Source: Candidatus Kaiserbacteria bacterium RIFOXYB1_FULL_46_14 (GTDB taxonomy: Bacteria; Patescibacteriota; Minisyncoccia; Phycocordibacterales; UBA918). Taken from it: a stretch of DNA of 64,000 bases. The stretch is taken from the NCBI GenBank assembly GCA_001783525.1, contig MFMS01000006.1, positions 21,074-85,073 of the forward strand, written 5' to 3'. Positions 38,011-48,099 of this stretch are shown piece by piece. Position numbers and translations under genes: made by a program. Positions within the stretch are counted from its first letter, which is position 1. Each line of letters opens with the position of its first letter. The notes beneath the pieces were generated by a model. The model did not search any database, was not told the DNA's origin, and was given only the letters and a program-made list of their open reading frames with translations.

Positions 38011-38490
38011 CTAGGGGGTAAAAGATGCAGAGACAAGGCCGGTGAGCGCAATAGCAATGGCATCGTACTCGTCGTCAAGGGCAGTGGCGGGTAGATTTTT
38101 TACCAAACGAGGTAGCATTTCCGCCACTGCCCGCTTGTCACTTTTACCATAGCCAGTTACCGCCACTTTTATTTCTTGGGGTCCAAATTCAGTCACTGTA
38201 CAGTTATGACATTTGGCCAGATAGATAACAACTCCGCGCATTTCTGCCACGGCGATAGCGGTGGTGCGGTTTTGATTGAAGAAAAGTTTTTCGATTGCCA
38301 GTTGATTTGGTTGATAGGTGGCAAGTATCTCAACTAGCTGATTACCAAGTTTCTCGATTCGGTCAGCGATTGAACTGTTGCGGTCAGATTGAAGACAGGT
38401 GGAAAAAATCAAGGTTTCTTTTCCATCTTGTTTTTCCATCACCGCCACACCGAGGCGATCATATCCGGGGTCAATGCCGATGATGCGCAT
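38011..38490 (-). CDS. ruvC: Holliday junction resolvase RuvC
   Basis: IGIDPG, AIEKLFF, VTGYGKSDK and DDEYDAIAIA motifs. Confidence 0.95.
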   Translation of the reverse strand: MRIIGIDPGYDRLGVAVMEKQDGKETLIFSTCLQSDRNSSIADRIEKLGNQLVEILATYQPNQLAIEKLFFNQNRTTAIAVAEMRGVVIYLAKCHNCTVTEFGPQEIKVAVTGYGKSDKRAVAEMLPRLVKNLPATALDDEYDAIAIALTGLVSASFTP

Positions 38491-38493
38491 AAT

Positions 38494-39045
38494 TTATTCG
38501 CTAGCACTATCAGGAGTGTCGGCGGTGGTATAGATATCCTGCACGTCGCCCTGTTCTTCAATCGCCTCGATCAACTCCGCTAGTTTCTCCCCGTCGTCTT
38601 CCGACAACTCAACCGGACTCTGAGGAATATAACCTTCAGCAGTCTTGCCAAACGCCCACATAGCCGTTCCGGGTGTACCTAGTTGGTAGCCAGCCTTTGT
38701 AAAAGTATGTCTGATCTCTTGTGAGGTGCGGTTGTTGTTGTCTGTAACAGCAGTAATAATTATTCCGACTCCACCTGGTCCAAACGCTTCGAAGATAACT
38801 TCCTGCAATGACTCACCGCCGGCACCGGCACCTTTGGCAACCGCGCGATCAATGTTGTCTTTTGGCATCGAGTCCTTCTTGGCACGCTCGATCACTGCGG
38901 CAAGGCCAGGTGAATTCACGTCGCCCTTGGCATTGCGTGATTCCATGGCTATCAAAGCCGAGTGTTTTGAAAACACCCGACTCTTTACCGCATCAGTTGC
39001 CGCTTTCTTGTGTTTGATTTTGCTCCACTTATTGTGACCAGACAT
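38494..39045 (-). CDS. yebC: YebC/PmpR family protein (compact form)
   Basis: MSGHNKWSKIKHKK and TDNNNRT motifs; 183 aa. Confidence 0.93.
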   Translation of the reverse strand: MSGHNKWSKIKHKKAATDAVKSRVFSKHSALIAMESRNAKGDVNSPGLAAVIERAKKDSMPKDNIDRAVAKGAGAGGESLQEVIFEAFGPGGVGIIITAVTDNNNRTSQEIRHTFTKAGYQLGTPGTAMWAFGKTAEGYIPQSPVELSEDDGEKLAELIEAIEEQGDVQDIYTTADTPDSASE

Positions 39046-39055
39046 GAAATTTAGA

Positions 39056-40033
39056 TTATGAATCGTTAATATGAGAATACGCACTTGCGCTAGCCACACG
39101 GCCGCGGGGGGTGCGCTCCAAAAGGCCGAGACGAATGAGATAAGGTTCAATCACTTCTTCAATAGTGGACTCTTCTTCACCGGTCGCGGCCGCAATGGTG
39201 TTGAGGCCCACTGGCCCACCGCCAAATTTACCAATAATTACTTCCAGTACCGCACGATCTGATTTGTTGAGGCCTAGGTTATCTACATCCAGAAGTCCAA
39301 AGGTGCGCTCGACGATGTCGCGCGACAATGGCACGTTTTCTAGCTGTGCCATATCGCGACAACGTTTCAGAAGGTAGTTGGCAACACGTGGAGTGGCGCG
39401 ACAACGCTTGGCGATGTCTTCAAACACGTCGCTGTCAGCTTCTACACCGAGTAATTTAGCTGACCGAGTGAGAATCGCCTCAAGCTCTGCTTCATTATAA
39501 AAGTCGAGCCGGAAGGTGCCGCCAGAGAAACGAGAGCGTAGCGGAGAAGAGAGAAGGGAAATGCGGGTAGTTGCGGCCACTAGAGTAAAAGGTGGCAGCT
39601 CAAGTTGAACAGTACGCGCCGACGGGCCCTTACCAATGATGATATCTAAAACGCCGGACTCCATTGCTGGATAGAGAACTTCCTCAATCGTCTTGGAAAG
39701 TCGGTGGATCTCGTCGATGAACAAAACATCGCCAGGGGAGAGGTTGGTCAGAATGGCAGCCAAGTCGCCGACCCGCTCAATCGCTGGGCCAGAAGTGATA
39801 CGCATATTGGTGCCAAGTGTTTTGGCGATAAGGTGAGCCAAGGTGGTCTTGCCAAGACCAGGTGGGCCATAAAGCAAAATATGCTCGGCTGAGTGGCCGC
39901 GTTCGCGCGCGGCGGTGAGCAAGATGCGCAGGTTTTCTTTAGTTTTTGCCTGTCCAATATACTCTTCCCAACTCTGCGGCCGCAGAGTCTGATCCAGATT
40001 ACCCGCGCCTTCTTTACTGAAGCCATTTGCCAT
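39056..40033 (-). CDS. ruvB: Holliday junction helicase RuvB
   Basis: [29 protein letters not shown] and RTPRGR motifs. Confidence 0.97.
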   Translation of the reverse strand: MANGFSKEGAGNLDQTLRPQSWEEYIGQAKTKENLRILLTAARERGHSAEHILLYGPPGLGKTTLAHLIAKTLGTNMRITSGPAIERVGDLAAILTNLSPGDVLFIDEIHRLSKTIEEVLYPAMESGVLDIIIGKGPSARTVQLELPPFTLVAATTRISLLSSPLRSRFSGGTFRLDFYNEAELEAILTRSAKLLGVEADSDVFEDIAKRCRATPRVANYLLKRCRDMAQLENVPLSRDIVERTFGLLDVDNLGLNKSDRAVLEVIIGKFGGGPVGLNTIAAATGEEESTIEEVIEPYLIRLGLLERTPRGRVASASAYSHINDS

Positions 40034-40081
40034 CCCGTCATTATACCGAAAACCCCCCATTAGACCGATAGTGACGACGAC

Positions 40082-40109
40082 TTGACAAATTCCTCAAATA
40101 TGCTAAGAT
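40082..40109 (+). promoter_or_regulatory. promoter with no downstream CDS
   Basis: TTGACA-16-TAAGAT with extended -10 TG. Confidence 0.55.
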
Positions 40110-40194
40110 GTTAGAGTTCTTAGAAAAGTTTGAAACAAAAAGCGCCGCAACGATCTCGTTGCAGGCGGCTATTTTTTTACTAAATTTTAAGACG

Positions 40195-40341
40195 TGTTCG
40201 AGACGATAGCTCTCTAAGCAATTGGTTGATGTTGCGAGGACTTCCTGGTCCTTACCATCGAGTGAGCTCGCTGGGTAGCACCTTAGCGCAACGATCACTT
40301 TTATTTTGAAAGCTTGCTTAGAGAACTATATTCTCGAACTC
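40195..40341. ncRNA. candidate structured RNA (~145 nt rod with apical multiloop)
   Basis: Nested stems GTTCGAGA/TCTCGAAC, TCTCTAAGCAA/TTGCTTAGAGA and GTTGCG/CGCAAC. Confidence 0.45.
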
Positions 40342-40410
40342 CTCTATACTGCCACGGACTATATCATGTCCGTGGCAGTGTTCGTATTGAACGCTACACG
40401 ATCGCGTGTT

Positions 40411-42084
40411 CTAACCTCTAATCTTAGTTAGATCAACAACTCTCTCGAGTTCGTCAAGAGAAGTGATGCCAGAAAGTACCTTTTCCATACCGTCTTCAGA
40501 CATCAGAGGAATACCCTGTGGGCGTGCGGCTTCCACAATAATGTGTTCGCGAGGGTCACGAATCACTACCTCCTCAACCGCAGGGTCAAGCTTGATTGCT
40601 TCAAAGATACCTTGGCGGCCCTTGTATCCAGTACCACCGCAGACTTCACAGCCGACTGCTTCAAAAATATTAATCTGTTCAAGATTGGCGGGCGGGCTAG
40701 GGTGTCCAGCTAGGATGCGTTTTATAAGAGTACTTTCTTCAGCCGTGGCGGGGCGCTGTCGCTTACACTTTTCACACAACCTACGTACCAAACGTTGCGC
40801 CAGAATAATATTGGCCGCGCTACCGATCATTCGCGAATCCACACCAAGGTCTATAAGACGAGGGAAAGCACCGGCCGCATTGTTGGTATGTAAGGTGGTG
40901 AAAACCAAGTGACCTGTCTGAGCCGCGTGCACTGCGGTCTCAGCCACTTCATTATCACGGATCTCACCGACCATAATAATGTCGGGGTCTTGGCGTAGGA
41001 TGGAGCGTAGGCCTGAAGCAAAAGTATAGTCATCTTCAACTTGTGTCTGTACGATACCTTCGACTTTATATTCAACTGGATCTTCGATGGTGATCACCTT
41101 TACTTCTGGGGTGTGAGCCTGTCGCAGAAAGGCGTACAGCGCCGTCGTCTTACCACTACCGGTAGGACCGGTGGTGATTATCATTCCGTTTGGACGCTTG
41201 AGTTCCTCTGTCATCACTTTGTACATTATTGGATTGAGTCCCAGTTGATCCATATTGAAGCTGGCGACTGACGGATCAAGGAGACGCATCACAGCGCTTT
41301 CTCCAGAACTCCCAGGTATGACAGAAGTACGAACCTCGATTACTTTTTGACTGCTGTCGAAAGTGAAACGTCCGTCTTGCGCCTCGTTTTTAATATTGAG
41401 AATTAGTCCAGCCAGTAGTTTGATGCGGGCAATCAGGCGATCATAGACAGCTCGTTCTAGCTCAACCACATCGTGCAACACTCCGTCTAAGCGAAAACGC
41501 ACACGGACTTTTATCGGTGCCGGTTCGATGTGTATGTCAGAAGCTCCGAGGCCAAGGGCACCAGCAAAGAGTGTTTCTAAAGTAGCGCTTACTCGCCGTG
41601 CCGGATTCAAAGTGCGGATCTCACTGACGTGTTTCGCCACCTGTTCCATGGTAGCAAGGCTTTTCATTAGCTTGTCGATCTCAGCCGGGTCAATATCCAA
41701 GATACCTTTTTTCACTTCGGTAGTTTGGCGTTGGTCGGCATAACGTTCCCAGGCGTGCTCAAGGCTGGCTTCCGAACACATAAAGATAGAAAGTTGCCAG
41801 GCGTTCTCTAACTCGTGAATAAGGGCAATAACTTTTTCGTCATTTGGATTACGAACAGCAACAGAAAGTTTTTTATTGTTTCGCTCAAAGAGTACCGCTC
41901 CCGTTTCGCGGGCCCTTTCTTCAGTGAGCAGGGTCAGTGCGGACGGGTTTATCGAAATACCGCGCAAGTTCACATAGCTGTAACCTTGCTTGCCGGCCAA
42001 AGCCTTGACCAGACTCTCTTCTTCACTCTGTCGAAACTCCTGGTAGCGGCGGCCTTCTAGTACGTGTTCATCAAACTTCAACAT
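40411..42084 (-). CDS. GspE/PilB family type IV pilus assembly ATPase
   Basis: ASDIHIEP, GPTGSGKTT, LRQDPD, GHLVFTTLH and CxxC pairs. Confidence 0.95.
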   Translation of the reverse strand: MLKFDEHVLEGRRYQEFRQSEEESLVKALAGKQGYSYVNLRGISINPSALTLLTEERARETGAVLFERNNKKLSVAVRNPNDEKVIALIHELENAWQLSIFMCSEASLEHAWERYADQRQTTEVKKGILDIDPAEIDKLMKSLATMEQVAKHVSEIRTLNPARRVSATLETLFAGALGLGASDIHIEPAPIKVRVRFRLDGVLHDVVELERAVYDRLIARIKLLAGLILNIKNEAQDGRFTFDSSQKVIEVRTSVIPGSSGESAVMRLLDPSVASFNMDQLGLNPIMYKVMTEELKRPNGMIITTGPTGSGKTTALYAFLRQAHTPEVKVITIEDPVEYKVEGIVQTQVEDDYTFASGLRSILRQDPDIIMVGEIRDNEVAETAVHAAQTGHLVFTTLHTNNAAGAFPRLIDLGVDSRMIGSAANIILAQRLVRRLCEKCKRQRPATAEESTLIKRILAGHPSPPANLEQINIFEAVGCEVCGGTGYKGRQGIFEAIKLDPAVEEVVIRDPREHIIVEAARPQGIPLMSEDGMEKVLSGITSLDELERVVDLTKIRG

Positions 42085-42170
42085 ATGTCTAGTTTAAAGT
42101 TGAAAGCTTAAAGTTGAAAGCGTTGTTATGGGAGAAGTGCAAGGAGATGTGGAAATGGTAGGATGGTCGG

Positions 42171-42626
42171 ATGAAAGACCGACAGTGGGACATCACTGAT
42201 CTCTCCGATCTGGAGCAGGCAGCCAAGGAAATACTACAAGGCTTGGCAGTGGCGCCGCGGCCGGCTCCGCCGGCCGCAATGGTGCTCGCTCTTCATGGCG
42301 ATCTTGGTGCGGGTAAAACCACTTTCGTTCAAATTCTGGCTAAACACTTAGGAGTAAGTGAGTCAGTCACTAGTCCTACCTTTGTGATAATGAAGAAGTA
42401 TCAGACGACCGATAAGCAATTTTCTACCTTGGTACACATTGATGCTTATCGTTTGGAGAGTGCTGATGAGCTGACAGTCTTGGGTTTTGCTGAGGAGTTG
42501 TCCCGCGGCGATACTATTATATGTATCGAGTGGGCAGAGAGAGTAGCTGATCTGCTACCGCCTTCGACGCAGAATTTGCAGTTTGCTATTGATTCAGACA
42601 ACCATCGCTCTCTAACACTGGAATGA
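42171..42626 (+). CDS. tsaE: tRNA threonylcarbamoyladenosine biosynthesis ATPase
   Basis: GDLGAGKTTF, SPTF, HIDAYRL and IEWAE motifs. Confidence 0.95.
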   Translation: MKDRQWDITDLSDLEQAAKEILQGLAVAPRPAPPAAMVLALHGDLGAGKTTFVQILAKHLGVSESVTSPTFVIMKKYQTTDKQFSTLVHIDAYRLESADELTVLGFAEELSRGDTIICIEWAERVADLLPPSTQNLQFAIDSDNHRSLTLE

Positions 42627-45007
42627 AAAGCAAGGATAAAAAAACTTTAGTCCTCCTCGACGCGCATGCTATTTTGCACCGCGCTTATCATGCATTGCCG
42701 GAATTTACTTCTCCTAAAGGTGAGCCGACCGGCGCACTCTTTGGAATGGTATCAATCCTCATTAAGATCATTGAAGACTTAAAGCCGGACTTTGTTGTCG
42801 CTTGTTACGACCTACCGGAGCCGACTTACCGACATCAGGCGTTTGAAGGTTACAAAGCCAAACGCGCCAAGACCGATGACTCACTCATTGATCAGATAGA
42901 ACGCTCACGCGATCTGCTCAGGGTTTTAAATATTCCGATTTACGAACATCCGGGTTTTGAGGCTGATGATATGCTCGGCACGATAGTGAAGAAATTGGAA
43001 AAAGAAAAGGATCTAGATATCATCATCGCTTCGGGCGATATGGACACGCTGCAACTAATAGAAGGGGAGCGGGTACGGGTGTTTACACAACGTAAAGGTG
43101 CCGAAGTGGTAATGTTCGACGAGAAGGCAGTTAAGCAAAAATTTGGTTTCGCACCCGTGCTCACTATCGACTTCAAAGGTTTACGGGGTGACGCTTCGGA
43201 TAACATCCCGGGCGTCCCTGGTGTGGGCGAGGGAAGTGCGCTTAAACTGGTTGGAACATTCGGCACGATCGAGAAGATTTATATAGCGATCAAAAAATAC
43301 GGCACGGAGGGGGTCGCCAAACGTTCTGGAGTGCAGAAACGTTTTGTAGATAAAGTTGCAGCACACGAAGAAGACGCACATTTTTCTAAAATGTTGGCTA
43401 CTATCCGCACCGACGCACCGATTGAGTTTGAATTGTCAGAGCAACCATGGCGCGATGGGGTGGACACGGGTGCCGCGCTAGCTCTGATGAGTGAACTTGG
43501 CTTTCGTTCACCAACTGCCCGTTTCAAACAACTCATGAACATAAAGGAAGATGTCCAATCTAGCGGCGATGTTTCGCAGTCGCAAATAGCGGAAGCGGCA
43601 GTTATGTTGTGGCTCCTTGAAAGTGATCGCACTAATCCCACCTACGAAGACATCATTGATTATGGTCGTTCGTTCTTCGGTACTACTACCTGGTCGGACA
43701 TAGTAAAAAAGTTAGAAGAAGCACTCAAAGACCAAGGTCTGTGGGACGTGTTTGCTTTGATTGATAAGCCGCTCTTACCAGTCATCGACAAGATGAATGC
43801 AACTGGCATTAGGCTTGATGTTGATTACTTAAAAGAATTGTCTGACTCATTTCATACTGAGTTAGCGGCACTTCAGAAAAATATTTTTAAGTTGGCCGGG
43901 GAAGAGTTCAACATAAATTCACCGAAACAACTGGGCGTTGTGATTTACGATAAGCTCGGTCTTTCGCCGGCGCGCGCAAAAAAGACTGCCACTGGCGCGC
44001 GCTCCACTCGCGAGAGTGAACTTTCACAGATGCTCGATAGTCACCCGATCATTAGTGAACTACTGCGTTATCGTGAGCTATCAAAACTCGTTTCAACTTA
44101 TGTCGATAACCTACCGAAAATGGTGGGGGAGGATGGCCGCCTGCGTACTACCTTTTTACCGACTGGTACAGTGACTGGCCGGATTGGTTCACGCGATCCT
44201 AATCTCCAAAACATCCCGATTCGAACAGAAGAAGGACAGAAGGTTAGGCACGCCTTTGTGGCATCAAGCGGATACAAGTTGGTCTCGATAGACTATTCAC
44301 AAATTGAACTTCGTCTGGCAGCAATTCTCTCTGATGACGAGAGACTGATCGATATCTTCAAACGTGGAGAAGATGTTCACCGCGGCGTGGCAGTGCGGGT
44401 GTTTGGTGTTGCGCCGGACAGTGTAACGACAGATCAACGTCGGGCTGCCAAGGTCATAAACTTCGGCATACTGTATGGAATGGGAGTAAATGCCCTTCGT
44501 CAAAACTTGGGAGAGGGCACCTCACGAGAGGAGGCTCAAGAATTCTTAAACGCCTATTTCAATACCTTCACTCGTTTGGCAGAGTATCTCGAAGAGACAA
44601 AAGCTTTTGCTAGAAAAAATGGTTACACGGAAACGATGTTTGGTCGTCGTCGTTATTTCCCTGGTATTACTTCGTATGCACCAATGCTTCGCGCTAGCGC
44701 AGAGAGAATGGCGATCAATGCACCGATTCAAGGTACTGAGGGTGACTTGCTTCGTCTAGCACTTCTTGCGCTTGATCAATATATTACAAAGCACAAACTA
44801 GAAGGTGATGTAAAAATGCTGCTTCAAGTGCACGACGAATTAGTTTTTGAAATTAAAGAAGATTTAGTTGAGGAAGTTGTCCCAGAACTAGCAAGAATAA
44901 TGAGCGAAGTTTTGAAAGATAAAGATACTAAGGGTGTGCCGATTAATGTTGAAGCCAAACTGGGCGACAATTGGGCGGAAATGAAAAAAGTTGAAATCTC
45001 AAATTAA
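42623..45007 (+). CDS. polA: DNA polymerase I (5'-3' exonuclease plus polymerase; reduced proofreading domain)
   Basis: EADD, GDASDNIPGV, DYSQIELR, KVINFGILYG and QVHDE motifs. Confidence 0.97.
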   Translation: MKSKDKKTLVLLDAHAILHRAYHALPEFTSPKGEPTGALFGMVSILIKIIEDLKPDFVVACYDLPEPTYRHQAFEGYKAKRAKTDDSLIDQIERSRDLLRVLNIPIYEHPGFEADDMLGTIVKKLEKEKDLDIIIASGDMDTLQLIEGERVRVFTQRKGAEVVMFDEKAVKQKFGFAPVLTIDFKGLRGDASDNIPGVPGVGEGSALKLVGTFGTIEKIYIAIKKYGTEGVAKRSGVQKRFVDKVAAHEEDAHFSKMLATIRTDAPIEFELSEQPWRDGVDTGAALALMSELGFRSPTARFKQLMNIKEDVQSSGDVSQSQIAEAAVMLWLLESDRTNPTYEDIIDYGRSFFGTTTWSDIVKKLEEALKDQGLWDVFALIDKPLLPVIDKMNATGIRLDVDYLKELSDSFHTELAALQKNIFKLAGEEFNINSPKQLGVVIYDKLGLSPARAKKTATGARSTRESELSQMLDSHPIISELLRYRELSKLVSTYVDNLPKMVGEDGRLRTTFLPTGTVTGRIGSRDPNLQNIPIRTEEGQKVRHAFVASSGYKLVSIDYSQIELRLAAILSDDERLIDIFKRGEDVHRGVAVRVFGVAPDSVTTDQRRAAKVINFGILYGMGVNALRQNLGEGTSREEAQEFLNAYFNTFTRLAEYLEETKAFARKNGYTETMFGRRRYFPGITSYAPMLRASAERMAINAPIQGTEGDLLRLALLALDQYITKHKLEGDVKMLLQVHDELVFEIKEDLVEEVVPELARIMSEVLKDKDTKGVPINVEAKLGDNWAEMKKVEISN

Positions 45008-45012
45008 AACTT

Positions 45013-45711
45013 ATGCTTAAAGTGTTCTGTGGTAACGACCAAATCAAAGTGCGACAACAAGCGCTTAGTTTTGTTGAACAGTTACGTGAGCAAGGATTGT
45101 CGATCGAGGCAATCGATAGCGACAATTATGAGTCGGGCAAGATCACCGAAGCGGCGGTAAAGGTGTCGCTTTTTGGCGGAGAAATGGCATGCCTTATAGA
45201 TATGCCTTCTATGGATAAAGAGATGTCTGCGGAAGTCACTGAAAACCTTGCCGTGTTGGCAAAATCCCAGCATCACTTTGTGGTGATCGAAGGGGCGTTA
45301 TTGGCCGATGAGAAAAAACTGTGGAGTAAGCACGCGGAGGTAGAGGAGAGCAAAGCGGGGGCGGCCACACGTTTTAATACTTTTGCGCTTGCCGACGCTT
45401 TGGCAAGGCGCGACCGCAAGTCACTCTGGCTGATTTGGAATGAAGCACGCCTATCTGGTATTGCGACTGAAGAGTTGGTGGGTATTCTATGGTGGCAGTT
45501 GAAGTCGCTACGTTTGGCGGCCTTAACCAAGAGCGCCGAAGAGGCAGGGATGAAAGATTATCCGTATCAAAAAGCGAAGCGTGCTCTCCTTAAATTTAAG
45601 GCAGATGAAACGGAGACGTTGTCTCATGTATTACTCGATACCTATCATCAGAGTCGTTTGGGAGGATTGGATCTGGATTTGGCCATTGAACGATGGCTTC
45701 TCCGTGTTTGA
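45013..45711 (+). CDS. holA: DNA polymerase III delta subunit-like protein
   Basis: VSLFG motif; FALADAL...YPYQKA C-terminal pattern. Confidence 0.65.
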   Translation: MLKVFCGNDQIKVRQQALSFVEQLREQGLSIEAIDSDNYESGKITEAAVKVSLFGGEMACLIDMPSMDKEMSAEVTENLAVLAKSQHHFVVIEGALLADEKKLWSKHAEVEESKAGAATRFNTFALADALARRDRKSLWLIWNEARLSGIATEELVGILWWQLKSLRLAALTKSAEEAGMKDYPYQKAKRALLKFKADETETLSHVLLDTYHQSRLGGLDLDLAIERWLLRV

Positions 45712-45753
45712 AGCATTGAAAAATGCACTAGACGCGGGTATAGTGTGCCCATC

Positions 45754-45826
45754 CCGCCTATAGCTCAGCTGGTAGAGCAGGTCCCTTTTAAGGACAAGGT
45801 CCCAGGTTCGATCCCTGGTGGGCGGA
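45754..45826 (+). tRNA. tRNA-Lys(TTT)
   Basis: CCGCCTA/TGGGCGG acceptor stem; loop CTTTTAA; GGTTCGATCCC. Confidence 0.95.
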
Positions 45827-46106
45827 CGAGTACAAAAACGAGCACGCGTAAGCGTGCCGTTTTTGTTCGTCCGCCCACAGCAACAGTCTGGGGGACTGTT
45901 GCGTCAGGGATCGAAAACCTTTTGAGATATTTTGGAAGCGAAGCTGAACAAAATATCCAAAAGGTGTACTGCTCCGTAGGAGAGATACCCTGGTGGGCGG
46001 ATGTCTGTCAGGGATCGAAGGGGTTGCCAGGTATTTTGTGAACGAAGAGAAACAAAATAGCGACAACCCATACTGCCCTGTAAGGGAGATCTCCTAGTGG
46101 CCGGAC
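45827..46106. repeat. tRNA-3'-anchored tandem hairpin cassette (Lys locus, two units)
   Basis: Inverted copies 45867-45915 and 46008-46019; direct copies 45988-46001 and 46091-46106. Confidence 0.85.
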
Positions 46107-46162
46107 CTACTTTTAGCTGCGGTTCCCAAACAAATTTTGTGCTAGTATCCTCGGATTAATTT

Positions 46163-46624
46163 ATGCAAAAAATAGTCATCCTCGACAATATTCGTAGTGC
46201 TCATAATGTCGGCTCAATCTTTCGTACTGCCGATGGGGCAGGGGTGTCCAAAATTTATCTCGTTGGTTATACACCAACACCGCGCGATCGCTTCGGCCGT
46301 GTGTCGCCGGAAATTTCAAAGACCTCACTCGGTGCGACTGAAACCGTGGGGTGGGAACATATCGATAACGAAGCCGTGCCAGTTTTGCTGACGCGGCTTC
46401 GGTCAGAGGGTTTTCAAATAGTCGCAATCGAACAAACTCCAAGATCAATCTTTTTGCAGGATTTTGTTTTACCCGAAAAGGTCGTTTATGTATTTGGTAA
46501 CGAGATCGATGGGGTAAGTACAGCTTTTCTCGAGGCCGTTGATACAGTTGTAGAAATCCCAATGCACGGATCAAAAGAATCTCTCAATGTCTCTGTGACC
46601 GCCGGTATTGTTTTGTTTAAGTAG
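46163..46624 (+). CDS. TrmH/SpoU family RNA methyltransferase
   Basis: NVGSIFRTAD, FGNEIDG and ESLNVSV motifs. Confidence 0.93.
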   Translation: MQKIVILDNIRSAHNVGSIFRTADGAGVSKIYLVGYTPTPRDRFGRVSPEISKTSLGATETVGWEHIDNEAVPVLLTRLRSEGFQIVAIEQTPRSIFLQDFVLPEKVVYVFGNEIDGVSTAFLEAVDTVVEIPMHGSKESLNVSVTAGIVLFK

Positions 46625-46743
46625 ATTACTCCACCATCACCTCCACCCCTCTCTCATCCACCCGCTGGATGCTCCTTTAGACAAATTTATTTTAAAGTGG
46701 TATTACTTGGTTAGGTAACAACTCCAAAAAGGGAGAGTAGAAG

Positions 46744-47454
46744 ATGTCGATCTTTGTAAAGGTACTGGTACTCGCGGTTTTCTTCCTCGTCGCCTTGGTC
46801 ATCAGTCCCAAGGCTAAGGCTGAAGAAGATTTCGATCTCTTCGGTATGGCGGCGCGCACGGGCGTATTTTTCTTGGATCGTGGCACGTTGGACGACGTCG
46901 AAACAGTACAAGAAATATTCTACAACCATGGATACGACGTCGTTGTCGATGGAAACTATGGTCCAAAGACAGAGAAAGCGATTCGCAAACTCCAGTCCAA
47001 CACGGGGCAACCTGAAACTGGTATTCTCGAGTATCATCAATGGCTTTCCCTCAAAGCCGCAGCACTACCGAAAAGCTGGGGGGCACTCAGCGCTTCAATC
47101 GACGGCAAGTTCGGCGAAGCGCACAACAAGAGCAGTCGTGCTCTCGCCGAGCAGATTGCACAGCGCCGTTGTGAGAGATATACGAAGCGGGGATGCATTG
47201 TTATATCAATCGCCGACAACGGCTGGTCCGTCGCCAGATGGTGCAAGAAGAAAAATACAACTTGGATTTTCATGGGTGCAAGCACGGTCAACTATCAGAC
47301 AGCCCATGAAGAACTCCTGAGACAAGCCGCTGGCGTTGATCCAGAGATCGCCTTCGGCGGGAAATGTTTCAAGCAGATCGAACACAATGCCAAAGCCGGC
47401 TTCCTCGATGACATGGAAGATTGGCAGCTCGGCGGGATTGAACACGAAGATTAA
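46744..47454 (+). CDS. secreted peptidoglycan-binding domain protein with Cys-containing (DUF4189-like) C-terminus
   Basis: Signal AKA-E; VDGNYGPKTEKAIRKLQ...TG PG_binding_1 motif; AEQIAQRRC...C pattern. Confidence 0.8.
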   Translation: MSIFVKVLVLAVFFLVALVISPKAKAEEDFDLFGMAARTGVFFLDRGTLDDVETVQEIFYNHGYDVVVDGNYGPKTEKAIRKLQSNTGQPETGILEYHQWLSLKAAALPKSWGALSASIDGKFGEAHNKSSRALAEQIAQRRCERYTKRGCIVISIADNGWSVARWCKKKNTTWIFMGASTVNYQTAHEELLRQAAGVDPEIAFGGKCFKQIEHNAKAGFLDDMEDWQLGGIEHED

Positions 47455-47575
47455 GGGCAAGTTACTATTCAGGCCGGAGCGCTACGCGCACCGGCCTTTG
47501 CTTTTTCCCCAAAAATGTGTTACTGTATTCAGGCCATGTCGCACTGGGCGGCACGGTAAACAAAAGGATAGTCCA

Positions 47576-47773
47576 ATGACAACGATACTCCTCGCAATAG
47601 CACTCGTTCTTCAACTATCGTCGGGCAAGGCAGAGGCAGAGCCTCTCAAATGCTTTGATCTAGATGAGGGACAAAGAGTGTGTATCGAGGAAGAGGGAGA
47701 CATGTCGGCCGCGCCGACGAATGAACTCCCCGTAATCGACGAGATAGAGAAGGTCGCTTACTACAACATCTAG
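47576..47773 (+). CDS. small secreted protein
   Basis: SD AAGGA; signal peptide ending AEA-E; two Cys; 65 aa. Confidence 0.6.
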   Translation: MTTILLAIALVLQLSSGKAEAEPLKCFDLDEGQRVCIEEEGDMSAAPTNELPVIDEIEKVAYYNI

Positions 47774-48099
47774 TTGTGGAAAAGAACTTCTCGGGTGTAG
47801 GGCGGGCTATTGCTCGCCCTACATACCCATAATCTCTTGCCATATTTCCAGCGATGGTGTATGGTGAATGTAAAGGTCTTGGACGCCTTTGTTTCAGCCC
47901 CAGTACGATCCCCGCGATCGTCATATAGCCGGAGCGCAACCTTATCCCAGTTTGGTTGCCTCCGGCTTTTTTTATTTATTCCACCGCATATGTTGGCGGG
48001 GTAACTCAACCGCTTGACAATTGGCGGTAGTTGTGTATAATAGATGACAGAAAGCCTTGGGAAAACCCACGGCTAAAGTAAGGCCAGGAGGCCAAAAAG

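Noticed and set aside
38011-40033. Absence of ruvA beside ruvB and ruvC as a gene loss
   Set aside because: Cannot be judged from one window; ruvA may lie elsewhere in the genome.
42095-42121. TAAAGTTGAAAGC tandem repeat upstream of pilB
   Set aside because: Only two short copies; too little to assign a function.
45745-46066. ORFs overlapping tRNA-Lys (similarly 57507..57791 and 62258..62616)
   Set aside because: They overlap tRNA genes or repeat cassettes and are spurious.
45827-46106. CRISPR array or prophage att site interpretation of the tRNA-linked repeats
   Set aside because: The repeats alternate in orientation, are tRNA-derived and have conserved rather than unique spacers; no cas or integrase gene is present in the window.
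47646-48009. Short ORFs in the 47.8-48.0 kb gap
   Set aside because: Mutually overlapping, with no SD or motif support, and crossing a terminator-like hairpin.
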